Origin: Nitrospirota bacterium
GTDB lineage: Bacteria; Nitrospirota; UBA9217
Direction: 5' to 3'
Assembly: GCA_963790205.1 (NCBI GenBank)
Contig: CAWBNQ010000001.1
Span: 1,131,560-1,195,559, forward strand
DNA: 64,000 bases
Shown: positions 62,523 through 64,000 of the stretch, one piece after another
How positions within the stretch are numbered: the first letter of the stretch is position 1
Layout of the letters: each line of letters opens with the position of its first letter
Program-made: the position numbers and the translations under genes
Notes under the pieces: generated by a model
Databases searched by the model: none
Told to the model about the DNA's origin: nothing
Seen by the model: only the letters and a program-made list of their open reading frames with translations

Positions 62523-63383
62523 TCATAGGCCACTCCTATAAAGCAGAAACACACCAACAGAAGCACATACACAATATATTCCGAATAGATGCCAGCGGCC
62601 GCGCTCCAGCCAATTGGAAAGCCACGTAAGAGCTAAAATTCCAGAAGCAAAGCTCAGCACCATACCCAACAGGCTGGGATAAAAGAGACCCATCATGCTC
62701 GTCACATTACCTGAAGATACAGGGTGTGCCTTCAGCAATCGTAAGACTTCTCGGACGATGACAGGCGGGGTAAGAACAACGGCAAGGGCGAAACTAAATT
62801 CCTCGACCCTTTGTTTGGCTACCCCCAAAAGAAGTCCGGTGGATATAGTTGCCCCGGAACGCGAAAATCCTCGAAACGGCAGGCAGATCCCCTGCACAGC
62901 TCCGATCCAGCAAGATTCCCTTATGCCCAACGTGACTTTCTTACCGGGACGACGGCTTTTCCAACCAGCGAAAATGATTAAAAGACCAACTGCTGCAAGG
63001 GCTGCTGAGATCAAAATCATGTTGCCAAAGAGAAGTTCAATCTCCGCATGGGGGACATCCCCTAATGCAAATTTCTCAATAAAATATTTCAGCAATAAAC
63101 CTATAATACCCGTCAGAAAGGTAGCTGCTGCAATAAGCTTTACTGAATGCCAAATAATTTTTCGTGAAGAAAAAAAGGTTATTTTCCACGATTTCCAAAA
63201 AAAGAAGATGACCGCAAACATAGTGCCCGTGTGAAGCATCACCAGAAGAAGCGTCATCTCCGGACTGGTTGGGTCGAGTCCCATCAATTTTTCTGCTACG
63301 ATAACATGGGCGGAACTTGAGATTGGCAGCAGCTCAGCAGCCCCCTGGACTATAGCGAGAATGAGAATTTTAAATATGGTCAT
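62523..63383 (-). CDS. uppP: Undecaprenyl-diphosphate phosphatase (BacA/UppP)
   Basis: VQGAAELLPISSSAH, LHTGT, GFSRSGATI. Confidence 0.92.
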   Translation of the reverse strand: MTIFKILILAIVQGAAELLPISSSAHVIVAEKLMGLDPTSPEMTLLLVMLHTGTMFAVIFFFWKSWKITFFSSRKIIWHSVKLIAAATFLTGIIGLLLKYFIEKFALGDVPHAEIELLFGNMILISAALAAVGLLIIFAGWKSRRPGKKVTLGIRESCWIGAVQGICLPFRGFSRSGATISTGLLLGVAKQRVEEFSFALAVVLTPPVIVREVLRLLKAHPVSSGNVTSMMGLFYPSLLGMVLSFASGILALTWLSNWLERGRWHLFGIYCVCASVGVFLLYRSGL

Positions 63384-63639
63384 AGAATTAAACCTCTGAG
63401 TAATCTGCGAAGTGATGGGAAGCCCCGTTTCTGAAAGACCGCCTCCCTGAAGAGGGTACTCTAAGGGAACAATCATTGCAAGAACTTTGGCACGGTTTGT
63501 CAATGATGTCGAATGAGTCTTTTATGGGTAGCCGCCAACGAATATAGGTTGATAATTAGTGAGTTTATGAGAACGGAAACTACAAAAGAAACAGGAAGCA
63601 ATCAACTCCAGATATTTCGTTTCCGAAATAACCGCTCTC

Positions 63640-63888
63640 TCAGGTGAGTGATGATGTATTTTTTTGATAAACCGTCGCTCTGATTACTTTCAGGATGTAA
63701 TCATATCCGTCTTCAGTGTGGGGAAGAACACAACTCGAACAATCTTTGATCTCATTCTTCATCGTGAAATTTCCACCACAATCGAGCAGATAAAGCGGAC
63801 ACCAGCAAAAAAGACATGATTTCCATTCCTGAAGATCATGGCAGGGGAAAAAACTGCACTCATGGTGAATAAAATACTTATAGTTCAT
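63640..63888 (-). CDS. Cysteine-rich small domain (zf-like) protein
   Basis: CSFFPCH..CLFCWCPLY..CGG..KDCSSCVLPH; AGGAG RBS. Confidence 0.85.
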   Translation of the reverse strand: MNYKYFIHHECSFFPCHDLQEWKSCLFCWCPLYLLDCGGNFTMKNEIKDCSSCVLPHTEDGYDYILKVIRATVYQKNTSSLT

Positions 63889-63975
63889 CGACCAACTCCT
63901 CCCGCGGGGATTTAACATTGTTTTTGACAGGTCTTCCGGCTCAGGGCTTGATCCTGCTTGCCCGACTTTAAAACC

Positions 63976-64000
63976 GTCATTCCTGCGAAGGCAGGAATCT
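63976..64000. repeat. GTCATTCC...GGAAT palindromic repeat (dRS3/RPE-like)
   Basis: GTCATTCCTGCGAAGGCAGGAATCT at the window edge. Confidence 0.6.

Overview
Bacterial chromosomal window, mostly + strand and moderately high GC. Gene content suggests an anaerobic or microaerophilic Gram-negative organism, possibly Nitrospirota- or Desulfobacterota-like (inference only). About 2.2-11.8 kb is a lower-GC defence island. It holds toxin-antitoxin genes between two duplicated promoter modules, an Mrr-type nuclease/SF2 helicase with seven tandem HA repeats, a small peptide plus membrane-protein unit on the minus strand, and a Zn-ribbon adenine methyltransferase/REase pair. 12-22 kb holds signalling and accessory genes: an adenylate cyclase, a probable UGA-recoded rhodanese-ferritin-like selenoprotein with a SECIS-like hairpin, pirin, a PstS-like protein with a hybrid kinase, and an integron-type cassette between two attC sites. 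22.5-59.4 kb is mostly housekeeping: Omp85/BamA, SurA-like, sppA, recN, Vor subunits, cysK, a cysteine desulfurase, NtrX-like, an ABC-2 exporter, GH57, uppS-cdsA-dxr-rseP-ispG-proS, a GspE/PilB ATPase, CNNM, mdh, class I fumarase and apt. A minus-strand accessory block (katG, ABM, uppP, Cys-rich domain) ends the window. Four attC-like sites occur with no integrase. Many intergenic gaps carry 6/7/9-nt tandem micro-repeats or REP-like palindromes. Three genes have frameshifts that look like sequencing indels. No rRNA, tRNA or CRISPR array was seen.
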